Positions 11,816-26,944 of a stretch of DNA of 64,000 bases are shown piece after piece (the stretch's first letter is position 1; the number at the start of each line of letters is the position of its first letter). The position numbers and the translations under genes were made by a program. Source of the DNA: Psilocybe cubensis (lineage: Eukaryota); NCBI GenBank assembly GCA_017499595.2, contig CM039007.1, positions 1,488,001 to 1,552,000 of the forward strand. Direction: 5' to 3'. A model generated the notes under the pieces. The model was given only the letters and a program-made list of their open reading frames with translations, had not been told where the DNA came from and did not search any database.

Positions 11816-14800
11816 GCTGGAGGTGAATGGGTAATTTTTGATAGAGCCCCTCCCAGTTTAAGTACTTGGAATATATGGGCGGCCCCGCCTTAGGTTTTGC
11901 ATGCGTTATGCCCGTGGAGTGCTCTACCTTGGTCCTGTGTTCCACCGCTCAAGTCGGTCAGAGTCATAGGTACATGGGCAAGATAATCTCAACAAGTGAA
12001 CTGAATTCTAATGGGACAGAACCGAAACGGAGTGACCTAGGGATCTGATGAAGTGGATCGGCGTGATGGAGGTCTGAAGTAAGCGCGTATGGGAAATTCT
12101 AAGATTAAAGATTATACCTCTGCAAATTACTGTGGACAAAAGGAGAGTGCCAAGGTACCTATTCGTTACGTTCATGGCGTCCGCACACCTAGACAATCTC
12201 CGTAAATATACATAGTACTCGACTCTCTGATACCTCGGTCCGCACCTTCAAATCCGTAATTCGTTTTCACCCAGTGATACGGAAACAGTGCGTGTGCAGC
12301 ATGCTACGTTTGAGTATGGAATGGAACAAAACTGAACGTTTGAACAATAATCCGACGAGGATATAGCTGATGAAATGCTCGCAATTTGAATTGGTAAAAC
12401 ACTGACTGCCTCCACTTGCACCAGGTGTGTTGGGACACCAGGGATAACATCGAAGTCAAACTTCAGGAAAATGCCCTCCTGTAAGCAATGCGATTTTTTT
12501 TACAAATCTCACCATATTTGGTAAGACGATCGATCAGAATCGAGCCGAAATGGGATCGTCGTCAAATATACTCGGTGCTGCCTTTTTACCCAAAAGTCAA
12601 AAAATTTTTGAACCGACTTCGCCTCGGCAAGGAAAGATCTTCACCGGTAACCGACTTACCCAGGGTCACTTTTGGTCCCAAAACTACGCTATAATACCGA
12701 CTTCTCCCAGCCGCTGGCTTCGATGGCGGTAGCCTTGACTGTTGTATGCCGAATATATACAATTCTCGGGGCTCACCCTTGCTCTTTGAAAAACATACAA
12801 GCTACCTGTTAAAGACTATCATTTGTATACAAAATTTTGCAATCGGATTTTGTGGCTTAAGTTACATAGTACTTGAGCACAAGCAAGCTTCAGTCTCAAG
12901 CTTCGGCATTCAACGATGAATATCTCACTGAGGATATAGAGTGCTTTTGATTTCGTCAAGTTCTGTAATCATTATTCATTTGTTGGTTGAGGTTGCTCTA
13001 ACCCTCAAATAGAAAATACAGGGACTTCACTTATTTTAAATCAAATAGATCAATAAGCAGCCTTGAGCAGTTTGTCAGCCAATTTCACATGTTTAGGACT
13101 AAAAGCGAGCATAGAGAGGTTAAGGTTTTCCTTCACCTCCTTCATATACTGGAGTCCACTGGAATATCTCTATCGCTATAAAGGAAAGGTGAGTCGTCCT
13201 CCACCAAACAATCTCAGGGAGGGTCAATGTTGTTGGGTTTTCAATTGAAGACAAATTACCTAGAAAGGATAAGATACTACACAAAAAGTACCGGAAAAGT
13301 CGGCTGCGTTATCCCATCAAATTGTCGTGCTTCCCCACAGTGCGGAGTTGATTTCGCCTCAAAGTTAAAACGAAAACGGAAGTAAACGTTTGACACTTCA
13401 AGCCTCCGTGAACCCAGGGTGAGTGAAGTGATTACAGACAAACTGCCATAAAGAACGGACTCGGAGGTTATATTACATTGTCTGCGTACCGTTACCAATG
13501 AAACGTTACAGCTTCTGGAAGTGGCTGAGGCCTGCCGCCACCAAAAATTGAGCGGACTATCTTGGGCAGTATAAATTTGCTATCATGGAGAGGTATCCGT
13601 TCATGCCATATCCTCTCCCCGCTAATATTACCCGAGTTTACATCTCGGCCATTTCGTTTCTATTTGAAAAATAAAATATCACTATGCATGCTGCGGCACT
13701 GTATATGTCCTCCATGTGCTTTGCATTGGACATTCATCAAATACATCGAGTACGAGTTATTTCGGTGCCGGTGGGCGAAGCTAGGCAAGCCTGGTGCCAA
13801 AAAAAGTTCAACGAGTACAACTGAAAATATGAGTCCAGAGCCCAGTTTGAATTAATAGTAAATTCTAACGACTGGCCCACGTCTATACGCGCAATAACCT
13901 GTACTCCAGATCCAACAAATTAAGGTCTTTTGTTACCTGAATGTTAGTAAATACTCGGATACTTCAACCAGCGTAGTTTTTTCTACTCATTATACTATAT
14001 TACGTCTGGGTTAGATTGATGGGCTTTTGCAAATTAATCATCATTATGAAGTCATGCTCCCGCCTATTGTCAGATAATTTTCACTCATGAGTGCATTGCG
14101 TAAAACGTTATTATCAAAGTGCTAGAAAGTATAAATGTTCGGATAAAATTATAGCACTTCAAGAGTCGATTCCCTTACACTTTGGTTTAGTAAACTTATA
14201 AGACAAGTAAATTAATGATTAACGGTGTAAGAGGTACTTCACCAAACTTATACACATACTATCTATCGAAAGGCTGATACGGTAGCAGAGGTTGTCTGTG
14301 AGAACTGACTGGCATAGTACAAAACTATTCAAATTGAGATTAGCGGCAAGGAAAGAACACTACCATTTTTGTATAATAACAGGCAATGGCAGATACCGTC
14401 ACAGTCTAAGCGAAGGGACTAATGATAGACCCAGGTAAAGTGCTTTTCGGTTTACACAGGAATGACGCACGTGGCGCTCAGTCGTATTTGCAGTCACTTA
14501 CCTCGAAAATACAATGACGATTCCAATCATGAAGGATTTCGATGTTCTTACTCTGAAACTCGACAAAGGGAAACACAATGGATAAGTTGATCGAGCGGGC
14601 GCTTATCTTCCAAATTGGAAAGAACATTTCTCTTGGACAAAATTCCCACATGAGGTCTCCGACTGTCCAATCGAATGCTCGGTGTTTAGCAATCGGTTAA
14701 TGAAAAAGTTAATCTTGCAGATTGGCGAGGATAGTAATCAGTCAGAACTAGTGCCTTAGGCTTCTATGGTTGTCGTCAACGGTCTTTAGAGCCCCTGAAA

Positions 14801-15146
14801 AGGCAACAGCTATAATTAAATGTCATCAAACCACTTACGCTATTCTACGAACACCTATAATAGCCCCGCACTAAACATTACCTATGCTCATATCAATCTT
14901 CGAAGGAGAATGTACCTGCCAAAACTCTTCCGAATAAAGAACGATCGTCTTCGGGTAAAGGTTTAGTAAAGTCAGGCAATGTGAGATGCATTCTAAGTCG
15001 ACCTATCGCTACCACCGCTTTTGCGGTGTTTCAAAGTCGTAGTTTCACGAACATGCCCATAATCTTCCAGCATACTGGCATAATATTTTCTGCATAAATG
15101 ATGGTATGGATGCCTTTGACTAGGCCCTCGAAAAGAAAAGCTGTAC

Positions 15147-17171
15147 TCAGATATACGTCGTCAAATGCAATACGCAAATCGCCCAAATGGTGGCAAAAAT
15201 GTAGGTACTCAATCTAAAGCTGAGATAGGACGCTTCATTGGAGATACACGTTCCTTGAGCTTTCTGTGGAATCGTGACAGTTTGAGCCGCTACTGAGATG
15301 GTTGCTGTGGAACTGAGAGTCTGTCCAGCGGTACTGTAAATGAACGCTGGGGAAAGCAAAGCTGGGGTATAACTGGCAGAAAATTGCTCGTAGCAATCTG
15401 CCTGTACTGGATTCGAACCAGGAAGAGAGTCTAGTGTGCCAAGAGCTTAAGAGAAGGGAATGAACACAAAAAAGAGGGTAAGGACGATTATACACCTACT
15501 AATTTCGTCAACAGTGTTGGTTATGTAGCATTGCCTTGTTTGGTCGATGTCAAAGAGGCCCTTTGCAGCGCAACAAGAAGGATCTCCGTATGGGTTACAG
15601 TTGCACCCGTCAAGAGCCTGTTCGAGGACGCCCTCGTCCCATCCGTTCATAAAGTCTGACAATTGAACGCAATAAATATCATGTGAATTATCTTGCTAAG
15701 TTAACCAGACCTGCATGATACGAGTAGCCAGTGGGATCGCCGTTGGAGAAGCTGAAACAAAGAAAAAGCCAAGATGTTCAACGACGAACAATAATAGAGT
15801 AGATGATGAACACCAACACAAATGGTTGGTCGGGCACCGCCGCCTGTCTCCGAAAATCGTCGAAAGCTTGAGTCACCCAGTACACCTGCATTTCATTTTA
15901 AGCAGTGATGTCTTAAGGAAAGAAATTCATGGCCCACCTCCATAAAAATACGCGGTATCGTCACGGGAAACATTGGGTCTGAACATGTCCCATTGTCCGG
16001 GCCAGTTGACAGAAATGCGACATGCGATTTATGGTCCGGAGAGTCGGTATTCTATACCGACGATCAATAAATTAAGTGGGAACGGACTGCATGGGTCAGT
16101 TCAAATATGCTCACAACGCCGTCCCAGCAGCTCGGGAAGTTCTACACGGACATTGAGAGACATTAAGTACACATATAGTTCATAAAAACATACTATTTGC
16201 GACCGGATACCAGACGGGCATCTGGTCTTCGGGAGCTCGTTAAATCGAGAGGATTGACCACTAAAATCAAGACACAAAAAGGTCACAGCCTGTTGTGCAA
16301 AGCTGGACGCGTTGAGGGTCCTCAAAGTGAGGTCACCTTGTAATTCGATTAGTTTTTCGGTCCCAAGAGCAAAGAAAAAGTAATGGCGGGTGGTTTACCA
16401 GAGATCATACGAAACTTTGGTAATGCAGGGTAGTAAGTTCTGAGTCCACGGGTTTTCGAGCCTCGACATACATCTTTTGGAAATGCAGTGGTATTTCCGG
16501 GAGAATTACTAAAGAGATAATCTGTTTGTATAAGTTGTGGGCGTCACGGGTCTGAAAAGCTTGGACGAGGGTAGATATATGCATACATCTAGGGAGACGT
16601 CAATGATAAGTAAGGACAGCAGGTAAAATTTTAGAACATTACGGGGTTTCCCTCAACGCTAGTAAATGTTCCATTGGACCAACTACCGTCTCTACTATTA
16701 GTATAGATTCAAAGCTAGCTTAAAGATGTTTGTTACTGAAAATATAATTGCTTGGATTTCTGAGCGACTCGGTTGACAAAACAGTACCGAAAAGTTAAGA
16801 CCTACTGGATACCAGTAATTGCTTTTGTCCTGGAGGATTGGCATCGATGTACATTGACTGTTTCGCAGAGCATCGGTATTTGAGTTTACGCCAAAGTTGC
16901 TTCCTCCTACAACTAAGCATTGCTGAAGGTTAATAGTATTGCGGTTCATGACATATCACTTCGATACCTCCATGGACGTGCGTGGACACGAAGCCGCTAT
17001 CCACGATTGGGTCGATTCTTTGTGTGGTCAATATGTTATCTGTGCACTCGAACCAAGTTTAGAGTCATAGGTATGCAACAACAATCGCATATACTCACTG
17101 GCCGACATGAGCCAGTAGGCTTCGACCATTCCTAGAGAACAGAAAAGAAAACGCAATACAAGGGGTAACAT
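15147..17171 (-). CDS. Secreted DUF1996-domain protein, possibly GPI-anchored
   Basis: Signal peptide MLPLVLRFLFCSLGMVEAYWLM; family motifs RIDPIV..STHVH, VVGGSNF, CTSMPILQDKSNYWYP, CPSGIRSQI, DFMNGWDEGVLEQAL; Ser/Thr-rich then hydrophobic C-terminus. Confidence 0.85.
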
Positions 17172-18163
17172 TCGTCAGGTAGGTCGCAGACGGCCTTTCG
17201 CAACTCAAGGTAGAAAGGTATCCCAGCCCGAGATGAGGGATGTGCCAACGAGGAACGGTGCCTCGTGGAGTACGTGTGGAGTGTGATTCTATCATTAACT
17301 TTTGCAGTCAGAAAGCATCGACAAGTCTAGCGTTATGACATTGAACAACTGGGCCTGTCACATCTATCCGGGAACTTCAAACCGCTAACTTGTTGATATT
17401 AAATGTTCAACGGAAATTTTTTTGACGGTTCAAAGCATCGTATGTCTTGATGAAGATGAGGGTAGACGACGGATGCAATATTGTTAAGCATTGTAGATAA
17501 GAGGATTGAATTAGACGGGGGGTATGTAGTGGTATTATAATGCAGGTAGATAAATCAACTTGAGTCATATCTATAGGAATGATGTTAGCTGCGATGATAA
17601 CAAAATAATGGACTTGAGAAAACAAAAAAAAAGTTAGACGTAAATCAGGTTATCGATGTAAATCAACAGGTCTCTCACCCGCCTCCACATTTGTACACCG
17701 GGAGACTTTGGTATGGGCAAGAGGTTCGTGTCCGCCCATCGAATAGAAATTCATCAAATAATAAAGGATAGCATAGAAAAGAAGCCAAAGGGAATGAATA
17801 GAATACTCACAAATCATTGCAAACAAACGAAACAAGGGAAAGAAAACCCTGAGGAGAGATGTGTGAGTAGGTCATTATAAAAGACGGGGGTTATTGTAAC
17901 GAGGAGGTCAGACAAGGCTGAAATCGATATTGGAATCCACATAGACATTCGGAATGTGGTAAAGTATGGTATAAAAGTGGATCATCACTACAGCGGTGAG
18001 CAAAGAATGACACTTACAAAAAAAGACAGAACAAACGATGCGGATGCGGAACTTGGAGAAGGTAACAATGCCAGAGAGAGAGTCGCCACGAGAGAAAAAA
18101 AAAGGTTACTAAGGATTCAAACTCAGATACCTTTTGAAAATAAACAACGGCAAGCTTCAAGGG

Positions 18164-18216
18164 AATCACGTGATTTTTGTCGAGTGCATTCGAGCAAGTT
18201 CTTCCTTTTTCGTGAA
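18164..18216. promoter_or_regulatory. Heat-shock element plus bHLH-type palindrome upstream of FES1
   Basis: TTC at 18189, 18199 and 18209 (10 bp period) with GCA at 18194 and GAA at 18214, a step/gap-type HSE. Perfect palindrome AATCACGTGATT at 18164-18175. Confidence 0.5.
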
Positions 18217-18316
18217 CTCCGTAGATTTTTGCGACAATGAATATCTTTTCCCTTTGGAGTGGTACTCTTTGTAACATTAACCATAACTATACACCCCAAC
18301 CAACTTACAACTCAAG

Positions 18317-19651
18317 ATGCAGTCAATTCTCCGATGGTCGTTAGAAAATTCTACACCGATGGATTCCGCCGCGAGCGACCATCCGCCAGCGGAGCGCAAA
18401 GACCTGGATCCAGCCATTATTGACATGATTCTAGGGAAACCAGACTCCGTTCAGATGAAAGAAGACATGGCTATTGCGGTGGATGATGCCAAAAGCGAAG
18501 ATGAGAGGATCAACGCGTTGGATCATATGGAAATGGTGAGTAATTTTCATATTCGAAGTTAGGGCAATCTGACACAACTTGATGCACTAATAGCTCATCG
18601 AACATATCGATAATGCTAATGGTACCGCATTTTATTCGTTTCTCTGAATGAACATTTTTCTAAAGTACCAATACAGATCTAGAGAAACTTAAACTCTGGG
18701 AACCATTGCAGTCCTTGTTGACATCCAATTCATCAACTTCCGAAATCAGGACCCAAGCACTTTGGGTCATTGGGACCGCTTTGCAGAATAACCCTTCTGC
18801 ACAGGAAGACGTGCGTCGATTCGTTTTTATAGTCAGCACGAATATCTGACTTTTTGACAGTACATGTTGTATAATCCACTCCCTATCCTTTTGTCATTTC
18901 TCGATCCGTCCCCCTCATCGTCACCGGGTATCCGTGCTAAAGCCATATATGCCCTGTCCGGGTTGTTGAAACACAATTCGCCTGCAGTTCAAGCTTTAGG
19001 GCCCTCAGGATGGACGAAGCTCCGTGAATCACTGCAAGGTCTGTAGATGTAATTTTCCTTCTACGAATGTGCTAACAACTAGCATTTAGATCCTTCAATA
19101 ACGGTCCGACGAAAAGTCGTATTTCTTCTTAGTTCTCTCCTTCTTCCCAATGGCTCCGGTCCTACCCCAACGCCAGCCCCGACAGCAGCCAACATCTTGA
19201 CTCCCGACCACCGTCCCGCTCCAACTTCCGACGAGCCTATCTTCTCCAATTCACATGCCTCCAATCTACGAAACCCGAATCGCAGCAATACCTCTTCCCC
19301 CACCGTATCTGCTTTAAGCGAATATAACATTATGGAAAGTATCATTTCCGGGGTGGTTACCCCAGTTCCATATGGCAATGATGGCGAGAGCGTCGAGCCC
19401 GATGCAGATTTTGAAGAAAAGGCTGTGCAGTAAGTGTCCTCATTTACTTTCATATATACAAACTCATCACACAATGCAGTTTGTTGTTCACATATGCTGT
19501 GTCATGTTCGGGAGAATTGTCCCAGTCGCAGAAAGAGGCTCTGAAATCGTGGATTCAAACGCAGAAAACGAAGAAGGGCGAGAGCCAGCTATTAGAAAGT
19601 TGGAACATTTCAAGAGAAGAATACGCGGGACTAGTCGGAAAGCTTTTGTAA
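18317..19651 (+). CDS. FES1: Hsp70 nucleotide exchange factor Fes1/HspBP1
   Basis: MQSILRWSLENS, LDPAIIDMILGKPD, ALDHMEMLIEHIDNAN, ALWVIGTALQNNPSAQ, KAIYALSGLLKHN (armadillo repeats); stop TAA at 19649-19651. Confidence 0.92.
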
Positions 19652-20172
19652 TATATTCCTTTCTACACTAATCTGATTGTACGAATATATCTCATATCAC
19701 TCTACGTTTGCTTCCATTTCACCCCTTCTACCCGAGGGCAGAAGCATGGGTCGGTCGTCGTGAAATATAACATGCACATGATATATCAGGTGTGGCTTTG
19801 ATGTGTGGTCAGCTCACGACGGCTTGCAACTTTAGCGATTGTTGCTATACTTCAACAACCGAACAGTTAGGCGCCATCTCATGGATAGTGCCAAACAGTA
19901 GTACCTAACGGGGTAATTCATGGGCGCTTCATGGCAATAAGCTCAGGCTCATATCGAGTTGATCTATTTTCGGCACTTGGATTGCTCACTCTTCTGCCAA
20001 GTGCTTCGCTCGTTTTGAGGATATTCAGCATTGTTTCCTAAAATTGACTTAGGATTTGGATTCTTTGAAACATGATTCAAATTATAATAATTATGAGTCG
20101 GGAGTGTAATACGACGTTAAGAATAAATATATCTTCTATAATCTAACCCGTCACTCTGCCCTGATGACTAAC

Positions 20173-20689
20173 TTAGACGAAGTCCCAGGAAACCTGGATA
20201 CGACCCAGATCCGTGCTGGCGAGGCCACTGAATGCTGCGGGGGACAGATCAACATCGTTGGCCGCGCAACCTGGACAAAGGTCGACGACTTGAGCCATGA
20301 CGGTTTGGCCATTGACTTCATCGGGTATTACAGCTGGTCAGGTCTCGATTGAACGATGAGAACGTAAACTGGTCTTACAGTAGACTTGAATATTACTGCC
20401 GCACTTGGCGCCGCTTTGGAATTGAGTAGTGGATAATGCCACAATGAAATCGCTGTCGGAGTTAACTAGGCCGCAAGCACCGAGCTGGATTGTAAAGAGT
20501 TTGATCAACGTTCAAAACGGCGTTCTACAGTTACAAAGGCGATTTACTCCAGGGAAGAAGAAGGTAGCTAACCATAACTTTAATGCACGTAGACATTTAC
20601 TGTAGTCTGTCACACCTACCATCTCCGTCAAAAGCAGCAGCTCCGCTAATAGCTGCAACAAGGGCGAAGAATGTTTTGCTGAAACGCAT
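20173..20689 (-). CDS. Secreted RlpA-like double-psi beta-barrel (loosenin/expansin-like) protein
   Basis: MRFSKTFFALVAAISGAAAFDGDATFFFPGLGACGLVNSDSDFIVALS...CG...VVDLCPGCAANDVDLSPAAFSGLASTDLGRIQVSWDFV*. Confidence 0.9.
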
Positions 20690-22070
20690 GCTGGAATAAA
20701 GTCGATTTAAAGAAAACGGGAGGCTTTTGTCTGACAGTATGCCATTGAGAAAACTCCCTTTTAAGCCATTTTGGCTTCGATATTTTGTCAAAGTGCTATG
20801 TTATCTCAAGATGAAAGGTTGAAAGAAATCCACACTATAGTTAGGATGCCAACTCTCGGCATTGTAAAAGATTGATATATTTCTAAGGAACGAATGAGAA
20901 TCAAAGTACTATAACTTTGGCTTTCTCTACATCTATGGGACCGGAGAAATTGATCATACTGCGAGTTAAGTGAAGAGATGATTAACGATGGAAACGGTCG
21001 TGCAGTTGCATGATAGAACCAACGTGTCATAATTGCTGTTGAAGTCAGGTTGGGAAAAAAACTCAGTCACCATACTGAAGGCATAAACCACAGAGTTTCT
21101 ATTACATTATTGAGTTCCAGAAAGCCAATTCATCGAATGGTATTCTTAAGCAAGCCTCCACTTCAATTGATAGATTGATCATGTCAGCAGTATTTTAAGC
21201 GCCAAAGCTATTTTTGGAACAATGTCATTTTGGTCAACCAACTACGTGGTCGGAACAACGGAAAAAGTTTCGGTAGGCCAGGTTATAACTCTGAAGCACG
21301 TATGAGCCTATGATAGTAGCTTTCATGAACATGTCCTCACTAGGAAATGCACCGAATATACCGACAATTGCTACAACTGTCAAGAGAATTGCGTTGAATT
21401 ACATGATTGTAACTTTAAGGTGACAGTTTAGCTTTAGGTGTCAGCTTTAGAAAACTGAAACAGTAAAAGTTATTTAAATGCTCTAGGGCCTTTATGTCAT
21501 ATGGCATACTCGCCGTGAGATTCATGGTCCGAAAACCGAACAATTGGAAAGACAATTTCTTCTGAACTGACCTATTTGAGCACATTCTGTGATTACTGTT
21601 TAGCGCCGAATCCATCGGGAAAATATGGTATTTAATTTGGAAAATATTATCAGCTCACTAGAATGTTGTTCTATTGTGGAAGAAGTATTATTTCTGTGAT
21701 ACTTTGAGCCCATGGAGTGGCCAAAGTACAGAGTGCAGTGGGAACGCTATTTCGGACAGTTCATTTTGATGTCTTTGTAGTGATATGTCGCCATCAAGGA
21801 GCGGCTCAAAAGATAATGTTTCCAGAATTTTCCAGCTTTAAATTCACTAATAATGGGGGAAACTTTGTATGAAACACAGGTGGTATACGAAGTTTACCGG
21901 AAGGTGGTGTACTGCAATCTTAATTTGACCTAGTAGTTCAATTGCACCTGCGATACTGCATTATCCATCGTAGTACACCATAACATAATACTCCAAAAAC
22001 ACACACCTATCTGTAAATCTACGAGATTCTATAGACCGTTGGGAACAATCAACATGTTCTGATTCTCGGA

Positions 22071-25000
22071 TCACCCTCTTACCCGTTCGTGAGGCTCTTG
22101 CCATGGAACGCCGAGGATCTCGAATATCTCCGCCTCAGTTTCTGAGGCAACTATTTGTCCTGATATAGAAATCAGAGCGTATAGTCAAGAGAATTTTTGA
22201 TAACTTGCCATCGTCAAGTTTTTTACGACGATCAGAGGGGTCGCGGACTACTCCGCCAAACAAGCCCCTCTGATTTAATGAATAGCCCATATGGTTAGCC
22301 TTGAGGCGCATGGCGCGGTTAAACTATACGTTACTGTAAGGAACAGTGTAACAATGAACGGAAATAGAGCTTACTATGTCATCTCCCTATTATAAGAGAG
22401 GACATTATTCGTTTTGGCCTCTGCGTAGTCATATTGGACGTACCGTATAGTACAACAAGGCCGCCCCTCTTGATTTCCATGGAACAGTCAATATATCAAT
22501 TCTCCTTCTCTTCGCATCCTTTAATCCAGGAAGCCGACAGAGTCCTCGGTATGTTGCCTCGAGATCATACGGGTTGTCTGGAAGAGCGAGGTCCTCTGTG
22601 ATAATACCGTGTTTGTGAAGTTCTTGAATAAGGCGCGAGAGAACACCTGATGTGCCACCATCAGAACACAGCAAGTATGAAAATGATTAATTAATCGATC
22701 GACTGACCACGATGTGTCAATCCGTCATCGGTTGGTCGGGTGATTAGGATGTCTATATCACCACAGGTGGTTTTTCCTCTAAGAGTCGACTTAGATGAGA
22801 TAGACAATTTAATGATGATTGTTACCTTCTATAACTCCCCATTAATTCAACAAATAAAATTGAATCTATAGAAAGTGCTGCAGGTTTGGTTAGTAGTTTT
22901 ACGACATCCCCATAGATATGTATGTCACCAATAGGTCTGATAAGATCGTAGATATGTTTCGTTTCGGTTCGTGGCATGCGTTCATTTATATCTAAACACG
23001 AATTATACGTATCAGTAAATTTATATAAAAAATAAAACAGGGGATGAGACTGACCATCATAAAATTGGAGCCCAATTTTCTGAATTGAAGACAACTTGAC
23101 TCCACCTTTGCCGACTTTCAAGTCTTCCAACGTGCGGCATCCAGCTGCGTACCATCTGAGGGCAATGGTTTGCCCTGCAAGGTTTCGCTCAAGTAAGGTA
23201 TTAAACCATTCTTGAAAATTCAACATACTTACCGACGCCGTATATACCAGTAAAAAGACTAGTGACCTGTACATCTTCGGAATTCTCATATACAATGCGT
23301 CGAAGAGCTCCTGTCTTAATAATTTCGTCTATCTGGTACATCATTTCAGCGGCTTCATTCGACATAACTAGCAAGCAAGATCTACCTTCATCGCAGATTT
23401 TTCTCCAATTCCCGGAATGCGTTTGGCATCGCTATACCCCCTGACGCGGTGAGGGTGACTACGCAACGCACCGATTGCTGTTAATTATATTTGTTACAGA
23501 TCGAAAAATGCTGTAATGTTATTTGTATCCAACCTTTACTCAGCGCGCGTACACGCCAAGCCTGATCACTTCCGACTTTGGAATCGTGAATTTTCATCAG
23601 CTCTTCAAGCTGACGTCACAAAGTGATCTGTAAGAGCCATAGATCTTTAATACAGAGCAAATATTCCTACCTTATCAATGATATCTTGATTTGGACACTG
23701 AGAGCTCGTTTTGGGCCTCATGGTATCGCAAGTCCAGCCCTATCGATCCACTTGTTCAGAGTGTTACAGAGAAAAATGAGGGTGGAACAATGGACGAACT
23801 CGTTTCGATCGAGGCAAAGGCCTACCGTCTTCAGGCTCGGATTCATCGGTCTCATCTCCACCCCGTTGCTCTATCATATTAATATCATCACCACTAGTCA
23901 ACTTGAAGATGGACAAATTTGTCATGCTTAATTAGTTAAAACGTGAAGAATTACGACTCACTTTTTCTTCAATTTCTTTTTGTTCTCGCGGGCGGCCATA
24001 GAACTCGGCCAACGGGTCATTGGGATCGCTACATAGAACAGCGGAACTCGTTGGTACCTTTGAAACTCCTATGTTGTGAATCCTAGGAGAGCTTGGCGGT
24101 GACAGAAGAGCGCCAACTTGGCGGTTAGTTACATGGGGTTGATCATCGTTAACTGAAGCAGTGGCTGAAGGGACATCTTGTCCAACGTTTGGGACGGGTG
24201 GAATGCTGCTGGTCGAGGGCCTATTTCTGTTACATTAATTGGTATGGGAAAAAACTTTAACCACAGACTTACACAGCGACTTCACAATCTGAGCCACCGT
24301 ATCCTATTGTCGTAGCTTTTGATTGCTGTTTCCTCTTAAACTCTTTGTATGTTTTGAGCGAGGTAATCGGAGTCAAGACAACTCGAGATTGAAATGACTG
24401 ATACTTCCATGTCTCTCGCAGTTTTTCTGCTATATCATCCGGAGATCTTGAATTCATTAACGCTTCCACCCATTTCCAAGTAACTATAGGTATGCGCTCA
24501 GGAATGGCCTTGACGTTTGGGGCGCCTGTTGCCTTAAGTACATTTCTGGTGTTGTTCTCTGCCGAGACGATGTGCGAGGTTGTATCTGGATTATAGTTTG
24601 GCATAAGGTTCCCACCGTATCTGACAATCTGCAGGGAGAGGACATCCTAAATCGAATGTCTCATGTATACGCATATAGAAATTATACCTGTGTCATTTTC
24701 TCTTCAGTATCCCTGGTAGCATGGAGTGCGTCTGCGCCAACGAATAAAATATTTGTTCCTTCTAATGGACGCAATTTCCGGAGTTTGATCGTGTTTGAGG
24801 CGAGGTCACTCAGTACTTTTTCGGCACACTGGGCACCGGACATTAGCTCCCTGACCTTTTTTGCCGTAGCTGGCTTTTTCGCCTGTGTTATTTTCTTCAG
24901 TGGGTTGAAAAGATGAGACTGCTTTCCTTTCTGCTCCGACGATGCCGTTTTTGTGATCGGTTGTTCAAGGGCCTCCTTAACGGTATAAGAGGAAATCGGC

Positions 25001-26104
25001 TTGCTGCTCTTCGCTTTTGCCATTTCTGAATTTGAGGAAATTTTCAGTACTTTATCGAGACCCTTTCCAGCCTGCTTTGCGGCGATTCGTTCTTGAATAT
25101 CGAGCAACATCTTACTCGGAGCATTTTTTAGAGGTTTTATTGCCACGGGATCGTTAGAAGATGAAATTTCAATGACCATGCTGGGGTCCTCTATTGGGGA
25201 AGTTGGAGGGTCCGATGGTACTTTGTTCGACTTTGCTTCTATTTCAACCGCCTGGGAGACCAAGTGCAACGGGACCACTTGACGGAGAACTGAAGGACCA
25301 CTGTCATCCTTCGGAGCCGATCTAACCTTTTGAGGAGAATGGACTGCGCTAACGGAGAAACTGGATATGCTATAAAAACCAAGTCAGCGGAAAAAATGGC
25401 GGATAGCAGATGGACCTACGGGCTGCATGTATCAGGTATCTGCGGACTGCGAATACCGTCGACACGTCTTTTTTTCTGTACTGTGGGAGGGACATCTATC
25501 GGAATGAGGTCCCGTCTTTCAACATTTGCACTAGATAGGAACATTATTTCATTACCGAAGTCAACCGTAAAAGAATCAATATCTTCTAAACTTGGAGAAC
25601 TGGGTTTCTGAGCTTTCGGGTCGCCTGACCTTTGCGGTGTAGCAAAGCTCGTTTGTGAGGGTGCTAACGGCATCTTGTTCAAGCCAGTGGTGTCACTGGT
25701 GATGGCCCTGATTTTATCTGAATCGATCACTTTGTCCTTCTGTACTACAGGCTCTAGAAAGGATGCCTTGCGTTTTTCGCTGGTTCTGCGATGTTCAGGG
25801 GCGGATGCTATATCGTGCGATGGCAAAAGGGGTGCTGCAGGTGGAGCTGCGCCTAGAATCGCGTTTGTCTTGTCACTCTCGGCCCTTAAAAATAAACCGT
25901 GCTCTATCCTTGATGATGATGGATATGAAAAGGAGCCTTGACTTAATTTCTGTTTTGAGGATTCAGTGCCTGGGCATAATGTTATTCAGCTCACCTGCGT
26001 CTCGAGGAAGTCGTTCGTGTTGAATATTCCTCTAGAGTCTCTTCCTTGAGGTTCATGTGTTCATCTTGTTCGGCATAATACTGCTTGATGTTGAATTCAG
26101 ACAT
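22071..26104 (-). CDS. POL4: DNA polymerase family X (Pol lambda/Pol4-like) with long N-terminal extension and probable BRCT domains
   Basis: [82 protein letters not shown]. BRCT-like segments IVPPSFFSVTL and IVTWKWV upstream. The start codon is inferred. Confidence 0.92.
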
Positions 26105-26944
26105 CTTTTACAAGAGTATCCTGTAGATTCCAGTAGATTCGAGGAATACGTTTTATAATGTTTGACTGAGTCAAGAATACTACCTATGTTGTCAATGTCG
26201 GTGTCTGAGTTCAACCAACAACGAAACCGATTCTGACTCTGATCACGTCGAAGTCACGTGAATAATTTCTAGGGAGTCACATTTGCACGTCACAAAAAAT
26301 TCCCACGTCTATTATATCTTTCCTGCAATGCGATTCTCTAATCTGTGCTTGTGCTCCAAATAATCCCGTGTACCATGATTTGTTTACACATGGATCTAGC
26401 TTGATCCCTGAATTTACTCATAGCATCATACCCGAAGCTGCGAAGATCACAACACTGACATCGGTGCCAGTGCTGAGGACCGTGAGGTCCCACATTTCTC
26501 CGGTTTGGCACCGAATGCTTCATAAAAGAGCGATGTCTTGAAGATCTGCAAAGTTACTGCAGGGATTTACTTCAAATCTGACGGCCAACGGGCCGATATT
26601 GTTTTAATATCAAATTTAATAGACGCCCAAACGCTAATTCCGAGGTAAAGTCTATGATTTCCAACTGCGCAACGGAGAACACGTCATGCATATGGACCAT
26701 CATCTGCCCCCTGCGTGGATACTGGAGACCTGCGATGACCAGTTACCACGTTTATCGAAAGAAAACTCAGCTTACTGTGCATTACCCTCATTTCGGGTAT
26801 AGGTCCGTTGCAAGAGATGGATAATTGTTGCAGCATTCTGATCCATCGGAGCGGTTCACGATGCTGAGATAACTGACTATTGTCGCGGGTATAAAACCGT
26901 TAATAGGTGCGAGTCCCTTTCTTCACCGATACTTCCACATCGAA

